In this document: positions 49,101 through 60,865 of the stretch, one piece after another
How positions within the stretch are numbered: position 1 is the stretch's first letter
Layout of the letters: every line of letters begins with the position of its first letter
Source of the DNA: Catajapyx aquilonaris
Lineage: Eukaryota
NCBI GenBank assembly: GCA_000934665.2
Contig: JYFJ02002748.1
Span: 1 to 64,000, forward strand
Direction: 5' to 3'
Length of the DNA: 64,000 bases
The notes under the pieces: model-generated
What the model saw: only the letters and a program-made list of their open reading frames with translations
Told to the model about the DNA's origin: nothing
Databases searched by the model: none
Translations under genes and position numbers: made by a program

Positions 49101-52100
49101 TATTCTTGGTTGCGCTGGATTGGGAGTCCGGACGACATCTTTACCTGACAGTATTAGAGATTTCAAAAGGAATCTAATGCTGCCCGGTAAGATGTGAACA
49201 GAAACTCCCTTCCTCAGGGGGTCCTCTTCTGAAACAACGGTGCATCCGACGCCGCTTGTCCTCCTCCGTGGAAAAGTCTTTGGAAATTCCACACGTTGTT
49301 TCCAAAAATAAAAGTACTCCACCACTACCCTTCCAGGCCATTAATTATCTTACGTAACATACCATAGCACCCAAAACTATATGGCATCGGATGAGCAACA
49401 ACACTACAATGTAACGCAACAATGTAATACTTCCAGCGGCGTCAAACATATTTACAACCAATTAAGTTTTGCATACAATCACATGGTACTGCAACATTTT
49501 TTCCGCGGTACTAACACATGCCCCATTGTAGCCCAAATATCGGCCACACCAGACAGCATCTTCCAGTGAAGAAGTTGCAAGGTAAACGAGGTTGCAGCAG
49601 TGAAAACGACTCTTCCCCCACCCCGTCAGGGTGGCCCCCATGCCGCCCTCACCCTATCGAACCCTCGGTAGAAAACTCGAAGAAAGTGTTGGGGGGGGAT
49701 GGTTGAGAAGGGAGAGGGTTTGTCTGGATGCAGGCCAAGAAGAGGCTGGGAATAGCCAAGTAGTCAGTCTGGGCTGTGGCATCCAGTTTGAAGCCAAGGC
49801 GCCGGAGGAGAGAAGAAACACGGGGGCCTCCAACACACATCTTGTTGCCAGCAAGGTCGCCATCGTGAGATGGTGAGATGGTCGCAAGGAGGCAGGGAGG
49901 GGAGAAGGAGCCGCATTCTTTCGCGATGATCCAAGTCCGTGGGTCGCCCTTGTCGCCTAGGAAGGGGAAATGCGCTGCTTTGGAACCACCGGAACTAAAT
50001 ATGGCTCCCATTGGTCCGAACCAAGATGGCCGATCGACCTAGGCCTAACACGTGGCTGGGACCCCTCCTGGCATTTCCGGATATTCCACGTGATGACTGC
50101 CCTTTGGAATGAACCCCGTTGAGGACAGGCTATCGGATCCATGGGGGGCATCCAGAGGAGTGACCTTCTGGTGCTAAGCAAATGGCTTCTTCTTGCCAAG
50201 AGCTTTTATCGAGACCTGCTCCTGACATGTGTCACTGCTACCACAGTGATATAAGCTGGGACACACTGATAAGCAGCACGGTAAACAGATAGGGAAGGTC
50301 ACGATCTCTAGTTTCTTGGGTTATTTTTTTCCCACATGTACATTTTTCACAACAGGCTGCATTTCGCACCCTGATGATAAATCTAACGGACGCCATGTGT
50401 CATCGCTTCTTTGGCAAGTCATTCCTAGAACTGCTAACTCGAATCGCCGCAAGACAATTAGCACAGACGAAATTACTATGAAAAAAGGCTCCATGCAGTT
50501 CTTATTATCACTCGCAGAATGTAGCAATTCGGCCATGACTTCTCTCCACGGCACGGTACTAAAACCCAACTTTCCGGAAATGCAGCAATATCTTTAGGCG
50601 CATTAAAAATAATTGGCAAAACACCTGGCTACACAATGTTACCTTCATTAAAAACACTGTCCTGTCTAATATCAGTCGCTGCAATTAAATTGATTCCCTG
50701 GCCGGGTGGGCGTGGTCCCTAGTAGGTCAAGATCATTTCCTTGCACGAGGATTAATCAATGGCATGCTACTTTTAATACACATTTTTTGTGTGTTAACTC
50801 TCCCAATCACATGTCCCGATAAACCGTATCCCATGACCATTGATTCATTACGTGACACTCACGACGCTCAGCCAGTACTCAACGTCGATTAAAATCCATC
50901 CTGATAAAACCCCCCTTCCCACATGAACCGTTATGTCACTGGTCCATTGAAGCAACTCCCCAGATGCAAATTGAATAATAGGCCAGAGTGGCCCACCAAC
51001 ACCTCCGTCCCCCTTAATTACCATGATTCACCGGATAAAATCACATAAGACCCAATTAAAAAACCGGCCCCTAATATGTCACTACGCCGCAACTATTCCA
51101 CTGGTCAATCCTACCAAAACTTACCGCAGGTCACACAGGTCACCCCAGACAGTAGCACCCCCGAAACTGCGTGGCCGGTCCACCTTCCGCAATTTGCTCT
51201 AATGAGTCCAGACTAGCTCCCAATCACGTGACGACTGCGGACTCCACCCATTGCGTTACTGTTTACGTACAGTCCTCCGCAAAATAAAAGGTCACCCTTA
51301 CTGTCCGACCCTTCCAGCTCAACAGTCACAGGATCGACAGGCATCGGGCTCTATATACTAAGCAGCCAACTGACCTCCCCCCCAGTCATCCGTGATGGGG
51401 CTTAATCGGTCTTTAAGCGGACCCCCCCCCCNCCCCCCCCCCCCCAAGTCTGGCGATGGTCCAGTCCCAGTCCCATTCGACATAGAACCAACAACCGGGC
51501 GACGATAAGAAGCTTATGCATCATGCGACCCCAGTATTTATCACAAGTAGGTAATGGGATCAAGGGTCTTGGCCTCTACAGAATGCCCTATCAGTAGCGG
51601 GTCCTTGAAGTCATATAGTATCAGCGGGTCCATTTTTCGGGTTATGACTGGGAAAAATAGCTGGCGAATCATACTGGGAATGACCCAACCAATAGTCATG
51701 CTTCTTGTGACCCGTTTGATTCATAATAATCATACTTTTTAGTGTAATAAAAATCCAGCCGTTAGATGGCGATGAGCTACGTCGCCATCTGTTGGTAGGT
51801 ATCGTCCTATGCCGCCTAGTTATGCCCACGTGCCACTGGGGGAGGTCCTACACGCGCAGACGTGACTACTTTTTTTTTTACACACGTGTGCACGGTACCC
51901 CCAGATTCACGACTCAGCATGGAAAAATACCCGCCTCTCATCTCGCCACAAACGGTGGTCATTACCGCAGCCTTGACCGCCCAGTCATCTACTTTTCGGA
52001 GGGTTGTCCGTGAGCCATCTGCAACAAGTGGCTGCCACTGCTTCCGTTTTCATTTGGGGAAGGGATTAGGAGAAAGGGGGAGACGGTGCATGGTTGTATA

Positions 52101-52880
52101 GAGGGGGGGAAAGCTTAATAGACAGGGTTGATGGACCTAATTGGCACAAATTTATGTTAAGTCATTCAGTGCAAACGTGCCCGTGCACGGCCACAGTATG
52201 TATTACATTTTTTAAATTTGACTACGGTCAGAAAAATAGTCAGCTTCGACTCTATTTCGGTACATCCGGACAAGATTACTAGCAAACGGTGTACTCACCC
52301 TGCACACACAAAGCAAACTTGATACCGCACATGATATCACACCAGATGTAACTCTGCTGGCCCAGCTCCCGAGGCCCTGAGGAAGTGATGGTGTTGCGAT
52401 GATATGTGAACAGGCGTCATTCAACCTCCCCCCCTTCAGCTTTGGTGGCCCTCAACCAACCAACCCTTGGCCCCTAGAGAACCCCCCCCCCTCCGTTTTT
52501 CCAACCCCCCCTTCCCGAAAGGAATAAAGGAAACCGTACATCACTCCATGGCGTAATGCAAGCCTGCAAGCACCCACAGCCGGATGGCCCCACTGCTTCT
52601 AAAAGGACCTGACTGACTAACTACCCTGACTCCAAGGAACTTAAAAAAAAAAAATGCCCACTTCTTTTATACGACTTTTTGACTCCTCCTTTCTTCAGGG
52701 GTAAGTTCTGGTTCCAACTGATGCCCTCCCTCACCCCTCAACCCGGGCTCTTTTCACCCTCCAGAGTTGATAAGTGCACGCGAGAGGGGAAATGCGGCTT
52801 GATACAGCAGGATTTCCTTTCCCGAAACAGACGTTTGGTTCATCACAATCATGTGGGAGGTAATTGGCTGGATTCGACCG

Positions 52881-52937
52881 TTTGTTCGGGAAAAAAGCCG
52901 TATCTGCTTGCAGATACGGCTTTTTTCCCGGAACAAA
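52881..52937. repeat. Perfect 21-bp-stem hairpin with a 2-nt loop
   Basis: CGGGAAAAAAGCCGTATCTGC-TT-GCAGATACGGCTTTTTTCCCG (52887-52930), extended by TTTGTT/AACAAA across a 1-nt bulge. Confidence 0.9.
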
Positions 52938-55900
52938 ACATCATAACTGTACTGAACCCACCTCGAAGGCCGGTCCAGGCTGTACTTTTTTCCAAAATTG
53001 AAGGGTGTGTAAGTGGTGCCAGAGAAACCGGATGGAATCCGATGATGATGATGATGGCCACAGTGGCGATGATGATGGCCGAGCACGCATTTTGGACACA
53101 TGTCTCTTTTAAAAACCTCGAAACTTCACCCCCCTCCGGATATTCAAAAGGGTCCTTTTTACAGGATCCGTTCAGATGACGCCCACCAACTTTGAGAGAT
53201 GAACCAGCTCAAGGGTTATCATCTGGCAGGGTTGCCAATGAGCCTTGAACCTCCCCCACATTTACAGCCACCTGCCCCCCCAGTTTTTTATGTATATATT
53301 TTTAAAAACAGGCGACTAATTCCACGCTTTCATTAGACTGAAGAGGCTTGAAATTCCCCGAATTAGTCCACCGGTCGTTAGACAAATAGGGGGCTTATTT
53401 TTAGACGCCTTGATTGACATCGGAGGCTGAGACAAAGGACAATAAATGCCTTTCTATTCGGTTATGGATCACACCCATACCATCAGAACAGGCGGGCAAT
53501 TATCATGCGCGATATTGTGGGTGGGACTAGGGCGGTGCACGTGCGCTCAACATGTGCCATACGTTGTGCCAGACAAGCCCAAACAACAACTAAATAAAAA
53601 TAAATGCCCTAAACTGTCATGGCGGCTCTCCAACGATACCATCAAACTATGGAGGTCGAATCTAACATCAGCGCTTCTTTCACTGAGTGACAACCGCACA
53701 CTAACCCCCATTGTGCACTACCAGTCTAAACTACACCTGGTAAATGGGATCCAAAATAAGGGGGGGACCCCTCACTTCACCTTGGGTTAGGGTTATGGGA
53801 TGACCACGAAACTCTTCCCTCTCAGGGGTATATTCTCCCTTTCTACTCTACACGTTTATCTTAAAATATGCAGCCTCGCCCTATCCCTCCCATATTTTTT
53901 TTCTTAGGTCTAATCTAACCCACCCCGGGGAAGAGTTGGTAAAAAATAACTCCCCAAAAATTTTGGCCCCATAGGAAAAACCTTCTCGTGCTATCCAACC
54001 AGCAGCAATTCCATTACGGTACCCGTAACGCTAATGCACCCACGACTAATTGGACACATGGTCGCCGCATGTCACTTTTCAACTCTAAAGTAAATCAACA
54101 TTTCAATGGTTGGCAGTTTTTTTCTGCCAGCTCACGACCTGCCTAATTGTATAATCACGAATTGGTGATATGTAATTTTTGATATGCAAACACGCGCCTG
54201 TATTTAATTTGGAGGGGGGAAAAAATTGTCACCTACATCATTCTAATGTACGTTCGAGGCCTAATGAACTCGGCGCAAATAATCACAAATCATGCATCAA
54301 AATTACCCACGCGATATGCTCATTTTTGTACCTTTCCTGCTCGTGTCCCAAACACATTCGCCATACTCTCCACACATTATTTACATCCCAAGTTCACCCC
54401 CATAAATCGCCTGTTTTAAAAATTGCAAAATATTGGCTTATTGTTAAATCCACCTTTTTTGTGGGAATAACTACCAGGATCATTTCATCACCTGTTCCGA
54501 GTGGCATGAATCCCTAAGCGGCAGCATATTATTCCGTCCTAATAGTCCAATCGTTACTTTTGCGATGGTGATACCTCCGTGTATCTGGTGGTCTTCTCTC
54601 AACACCTGCGCAAAACCTGCATGTGTCCAACACATCCCGGACTATAAATTCGTCCACACACCGCAATTTTCACCCGGTCCACACAACCGGCGTCGTTTAC
54701 TGCTCAAACCAGAAAGCGCCTTCCAGTTTGAGAAGCCCTCCCAGAGAGTCTACCTGTACCAAAAAGACCTTTAAGAAAAAAAAGCAAGGGACGCGCATTT
54801 AGGGGGGAAGGGGGGGGGGGGGGGAAATCATAATTTATTTCTTGTATGAAAATGGGGCGTCGTTCCGGCACCGCAACGCGTCTGGCAGGTTTTTCCCTTG
54901 GAGCTCTTTAGAAGGGGGGGATACCCAATGGTCCACCGGAGGAGCAAGGGTATAAATTCTTTCCGGGCTAGTTTCAACTCTCCCCCCACCCCCCTTCTCC
55001 TCTACCTTTTGGTCTGATCCGAAAACCCAAAGGCGGGCAAGCAGGTATCTCAAGATGCCAGCCAGCTTTCTTTGCCCACTGTCTTTCGGTGGTGCTGGGC
55101 ATCATTCACTTGACTGTTTGCCTCGCACCTGCTTCCGCTTCCCGGACAGAATCCATAGAATGCAGTTTATTTGCTGCTGCCACTCTTTGCTGGCAGACTA
55201 AACAAAAGGAAATGGTGGGGGTGAAATGGGCTGTGCCGGATTTAGGCGGCGGCCATTTTGGGACACTGGGACGCCCATTTTGTTTCGCACAGATATGGAG
55301 GCAGCCATTTTGTATGACGTCACCGAGCGGCCATTTTGAATAAAATCGGCCATTTTGTCACATGCAACTTGATAATTCCACATTGTCTTAGCCGGCCTAA
55401 TAATGCAAAGTGTACTTTAGTAAAACCCTAATGAAAGGCCACTTAGCTTGATAACACATTGCGACTATACGTATGCATGCTAATGACTCCGAAGTGCAAA
55501 TGCACGGCAGATGACATGCAGAAGCGTGATGCATTTACATCAAAATAGCTGGCTCAGTACACGCCTACTAACAATATTACATCAAAATATGACATCAAAT
55601 TATAATCAGGCATTTATGCCTATAATTGCTACGCTCTCGCCCTGTTGTTATTAGTTGCTAATGGTGCGACTAAAATTGCGCCGTTTGTACATTAATACAG
55701 CGCACTTCACACATACACATGCACACAAAAACAACGCATTCCTTAGTTGCGTAAGCCACTTCTTAGCAGTTACAAAGCTCTCGTTTAGTATCTTCGCACT
55801 TGCTCATGCCAGCCAGTGCATTTGTCATCATTTTCATCACTCCTAATACCAATTTGTAAGCAACTGTACATTCTGCAGCCCCAGTGACTGCATCAGTGCT

Positions 55901-57605
55901 GGTGACGACACACCGACTAATTCACCATCATTGCTACAACATTTCAATGTCCATCGGGCAGACGTTCCTCCACCGGCATATCAACGGTCCTATTAAACAT
56001 TAGTATTTCTAATCACGTCCGAACTTTCAACCCCCATCTATTAATATCTCCCGACTGAATATTTTTACCATTTTTTTTAAACATCACAATCTACAATGTC
56101 CGGACATCAGATTCGCCCAAATCGCACAAACACCACGATAAGCACCTCAAAAAACACTTGTTCGGGTACTGTCTGTAATCAGTCACTTGGTAGCTATCAC
56201 CACCATCACTTTTGCAGCTTGCCAGCACCCAACAGAACCGACTTTGCAAATTAACAGGCTGGATAGTCTCCAATATGGAATTTTCGCGCCTACTAACAAG
56301 TCACCGGTGCCGGTCACCGTGACCTCAGCTTGATATTACTAACAACAGGATTATTTGCTCCTAGCAACAGGTGCACTTACCGGTCGCGGTTGTAATATCC
56401 CAGCGGCCTACACATACGACACATACACACGCACAGGGCAAAGTGGGGAGTACTGAGGGACAGTAACGGAATCACGCTAGGTCATTGGCACCTACGTCAC
56501 GCTGACGTCACCCTGGTTGGAGCCAACCAAAGGTCGCAAGCCTCGAGGAACCACCGAGGTACAAACCCTTGTTGGGAGATGGTTGGCTGTGCCCAACAAG
56601 TGCCTTATTTAGCACACCACACAGTATGTACAAAAAAAAGGGGGGGAAGTGGTAATGGACTCATTCCTCCAGAGTCCCCTGCTCATTAGACCTTTCTTTT
56701 GGTGGCCCGTCACCTGCACGAGCAACGGATCAAAATGTCATTTATCAGAGGCCTCTTAATGAATAAAAGGGTGGGTGATCGGAGTGGAAAAACTGTTGAT
56801 TACCCGCAATCTGTGGCGGGCCCCCTTGTGATCGTGGGGCGGAGGCAAATAGACGGTGGAAAAACGGTGGGGTGGGTCCAGGCTGGCGTGACGACCGTGA
56901 CATGGTGGGGGGCGGATTGTGGTTAGGTCATGTCTGTATGACTATTGCAACAAAAGTCTGGACAAACAAACTGCCGCCTATAACAGGGATTTCCAACCAC
57001 CCTGTGTCTGAAAAATTGCATGACCTGAACAATGCAACAATGACCGGTTAATTATTCCCCTCATCCTCAATATTGTTGTCAGGCGCTGACAAGACGTCCA
57101 TCCAGCCTGGGTTGTAGGGGTCATCCATTGAGGCTCTCAACACTTCCCAGTCAGTGAACCCACGGTAATCTCCCAAAATAACCCCTCCCATCAATGTGTC
57201 TTCCTGCAAGAAGTCTTGGAGGGGGGGCTGCACTAGAGGGGTTATCGGCTGGCCTATTGATACCCTGCATAGAGACACTTCTATTCTTAGTCTGTCTCAC
57301 TCTGATCGGGATCGCCAGACACCAGGCATTGTCACCTATCGGACCCGGTCATCACCTCGAGGGTAGTGTCGCCTGTCAAAGAGTCAATTTCAGGCGCCTC
57401 CAAAGATGGAATCGCGGTCTTAAAATTAGAACTGGGCGGAACTTGGCCACTGGGCGAACTGCAACAATACCCCCAACAATGTCATTTACATTGTAGGCCA
57501 CGGCTCAACCCGCAACGTCTCATATGAATGCAAAATGGGCCACCAGTAATATGCAGTAATGTCAACTGCTGTTCCTCCAGCTCTATTAGGTACCCTATTG
57601 AAAGC

Positions 57606-57687
57606 GCAGATACGGCCTTTTTGCAAAGAGGTGCAGATACGGCTTTTTTGAACATCAGTGAAGATACGGCTTTTTTCTAAATCAGTG
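57606..57687 (+). repeat. 27-bp-period tandem repeat (3 units) with core GCAGATACGGCTTTTTT
   Basis: Cores start at 57606, 57633 and 57660; the 10-nt linkers differ between units. Confidence 0.85.
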
Positions 57688-58667
57688 CATAACATGCCCG
57701 TGATGGCAACAATAGTCCGCCACATTTTACGCCCGTGTGAACAACCCCAGTGTCAACTACACCTCCCCCCAACGACGACAACGCCCGTGTGAACCCACGC
57801 CCGCCTCCCGGTCCAAATCCGATAGAATAAAAAGTGTTTATACTCACCTCAGCCGGCGCAGGTCAGCAACAAGTGTACCGGAAAAAGGGCCCACACTCAC
57901 TACGCCCTTTTTCTTCCCTCCCCAATTATTTCCCCTCTCTCTCATGCCGGGCGTATATCCAGCCTAAAAAGAGGGGAGGTTGGCCCCTTCCACCGACCGC
58001 CACTCGCCTGCAAAACCCCATGGGGGAATGAGGGCCTCCGCCACGTGGTCCTCTAAAAAGAGTGCCCCCACTCCCACACAACCCCGCCTTTTCCTCCCAA
58101 ACTGTATAAAACACCCCCCAACCATTACAGGGCGGGCTACTAAAAAAGAAAGAAAAAAAAGACCCAGGGATTGAACCTCCCTCGCTGGGTCGGCCATCTT
58201 GGCGTTACAAAATCACGCGTGACACGGGGCCATTTGAGGGCCACAAGTATGGAGATGGGAGGCAAAAGGCGCGCGTACCTATAAGGGGAGTCGCCGGCCT
58301 TATAATTGCATGGTGGAGGAGGCGTACTCTGTATTATTTTTGGGGATGGTGGTGGGGTGGTCTTTTGGGAGGACCGCTGTTGAGGACGGCGGTGGTATCT
58401 GGCGGTTGGTGAGGGAATGAAGGAAAGATTGGGGAGTACTTGTGGCGACACCTAGTGGTCATTAAAAACCATTGTATGGTATTGTACACAACCAGTTAAT
58501 GGAGCTTTATTTATATCCAAAAATGAAAAGACAAATTATTTGTTTACTGTACTCGAGTCATCAGATGATGATGACAATAATCACCTTAAGGAGTACTCCT
58601 CATAGAGGAGCTCCGAATAATCATATATGAAAAATGAAAATCTCCTTCCCATTGCATTGCTTTAAAA

Positions 58668-59900
58668 TTACCACAACAAGGGCGGCAACAAATTGCATGG
58701 CGGCTTGGACTTATCACCATCTTCATGGACGAAAACTGTACGGTCGCCAACATTCTTGCTAAAACGACTCTTGCTGGTGTCGACAAATATCTCCCATCGC
58801 ATCCAACCACAAAAATGGATCCTTTTAGAGCACTTGGGAGAGTAAAAATCGCATATTTTTGCGACAGGCACAAGTTTGCCTGTGCACATGAAATCAAAAA
58901 GCGGGGACCAACAACAGTCACAGACCCCAGACACACCAAAGTAAGAAATGTGGTGGGTGAACAAATCCTTTTCTAGAAGATCTTCCACCACTTTGACAAA
59001 ACCAGGAACAGACACGGCCTTCACATATTCCAGTTTGGGAGAGGTGAGAAGCATCACAAGATCATGGACAGGTAGGGAGAGTTCATCACAATGATTCATT
59101 CCGGTCATTATTTTCAACTTAATTAGATGCTCAAATGGTTCATGGATGCTGTTGAATTGCATTTTATAAATATTATCCTTCAGAGTCAGCTCCTGCAAAT
59201 TTGGACATGCTGATCTGACATCAGCCAGGTACACAGAAGGCACCGACACCAGTTTGAGAACTGTCAGTCCCTTTCCACAATCCCTGGTGATGCCATACCA
59301 CTCCATCGCCTCCGTATTATCCTCTAAGATACGGTCAATCACTTTAAGCTTTTTCACGTTTCCCAGCACTTCTACATCATGACTGCAGCATCCATGATCA
59401 GTTAAGTCCTCAGTCAACTTGTGTATGCTAGGATACTGCCTGAGGCATGTATTCAGTACATCACAACTTTGGTGTGTTGAGTACATTTCCGTGAGCTTTA
59501 GATTCAAATGGCTACCTATTGAGTACAGGACCTGTGCAGTGGCTTCATGCTGAAGGCTCTTGAGTTCACGTAAGTTCATGAAAAGAGTGCGGATACCATC
59601 CTTTGTGACTTGGGTGTACCTGACATCTACAGCCGTCAGTTTCTTGCAGCATCCAGACTTTGTCTCCTGTGTTGTGTTTGGGACGCACAGGGACATCACA
59701 CCATCATCAGTTACATCTTTACATCTTGAAACATCCAACACTGACAGCATGGCAGCATGGGAACCCAACTTACATAATACACCATCATTGATGTGACATC
59801 CTCTTAGGTAAAGTTCTTCCAGATTCTTCAACAAATGACAGGTTTCTTGAAGAAGTTCACTTAGGTCACAGGTGTCAGATAAGTTCAGGATTCGCAGATT
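58668..59900 (-). CDS. Leucine-rich-repeat (F-box/LRR, RNI-like) protein, large terminal exon of 411 codons
   Basis: Acceptor TTTCTGTCTCTAG at 59901, then an open frame NLRILNLSDTC..NLEELYLRGCHINDGVL..LSVLDVSRCKDVTDDGVMSL..KLTAVDVRYTQVTKDGI..ACPNLQELTL (cysteine-containing LRRs). AATAAA on the minus strand at about 58506-58511. Confidence 0.8.
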   Translation of the reverse strand, partial: NLRILNLSDTCDLSELLQETCHLLKNLEELYLRGCHINDGVLCKLGSHAAMLSVLDVSRCKDVTDDGVMSLCVPNTTQETKSGCCKKLTAVDVRYTQVTKDGIRTLFMNLRELKSLQHEATAQVLYSIGSHLNLKLTEMYSTHQSCDVLNTCLRQYPSIHKLTEDLTDHGCCSHDVEVLGNVKKLKVIDRILEDNTEAMEWYGITRDCGKGLTVLKLVSVPSVYLADVRSACPNLQELTLKDNIYKMQFNSIHEPFEHLIKLKIMTGMNHCDELSLPVHDLVMLLTSPKLEYVKAVSVPGFVKVVEDLLEKDLFTHHISYFGVSGVCDCCWSPLFDFMCTGKLVPVAKICDFYSPKCSKRIHFCGWMRWEIFVDTSKSRFSKNVGDRTVFVHEDGDKSKPPCNLLPPLLW

Positions 59901-59959
59901 CTAGAGACAGAAACAAAAATGTGGGAATATTAGGTCACATCATCCACAGAATATATCCC

Positions 59960-60320
59960 TTTCAGTGGCAATGTTTTACAAGTAACAATAGATTCAAGTT
60001 GAAACTGGTGCTCTCGGACAACCAGTATTCTGTGTCCTGAGCCATTAATTGCGAGTTTGTTTGTTTGTTTGTTTGTTTGTTTTTGCTTTATTTATCCTTT
60101 GTCGGCCTGCAGTACATGCCGCTCAGCCGACCCTCCTCCTCCTTCACATGATGACATTTACATTTAATTAATTGCGAGTTTCAGTGTTGATTTGGTGAAG
60201 TCATTGTTGCCACGTGGCTCTGATCAGTAGCCTACTCAAGATTCAATATCCTACTGTGTCACTGGTCATTGTTCTAATTAATGGGAAACTTCCTACATGT
60301 GAAATCCTTCTCATCTGAGG
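59960..60320 (-). pseudogene. Possible decayed upstream exon of the LRR gene
   Basis: Fragments in shifting frames (MTSDTVGY*ILSRLLIR, TKSTLKLAING, NIATER) with stops, no good donor, and interrupted by a TSD-flanked insertion. Confidence 0.3.
60059..60166 (-). mobile_element. Short retroposed insertion with (AAAC)n tail and 15-bp target-site duplication
   Basis: ATTAATTGCGAGTTT occurs at 60044-60058 and 60167-60181, flanking 108 bp that begin with (GTTT)6 on the + strand. Confidence 0.8.
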
Positions 60321-60865
60321 CAGAGAATGAGGTGAGCCAGGGTGGCAGGCCTGGAACCTATTGTCTACATAGCACATACCCACAAGCAACTTTGCGATTC
60401 TTAACATTGAGATATAACTCTTTTGCAGTCATGAAACTCTGCTATATTGTAAACCATTTATGCTGCTGCAGATATTTTCAAAAGCATTCTAGATGCAAGT
60501 TAAATGCCATAATGCCCATAAATATTGGCGTCAACATGGTTTTTAAAACTAAGTAATATTTACGCATTCATATAGTTCCTGTACTATAAGAGGACTCCAA
60601 TAGTACACTGTATTACATGTCTGCATAATAAATATTAATTATTGAAGTACAAATTCATTTCAAATTTTTCACCAACATTTTCAACAAAACTGACATTTAC
60701 AGTGTGGCACACTAAACTACACTAAACCAGGAGCATCAGAACACTGATATAGTTCACTTTGATAACATAAACTCTCATACAAATTTTTGATTTCTAAAGA
60801 ACATGGGTTACTAAATTTTCAAAATTCAAGAACCTTAGGCCTGTGGAAATTGAAATTATTGAGTA

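Noticed and set aside
49065..49325. SANT-domain-like VEYFYFWK fragment
   Set aside because: An eight-residue resemblance only; the rest of the domain and splice signals are absent.
57606..57687. CRISPR-like array
   Set aside because: Only three 17-nt repeats with 10-nt linkers that partly resemble each other; eukaryotic context and no cas genes.
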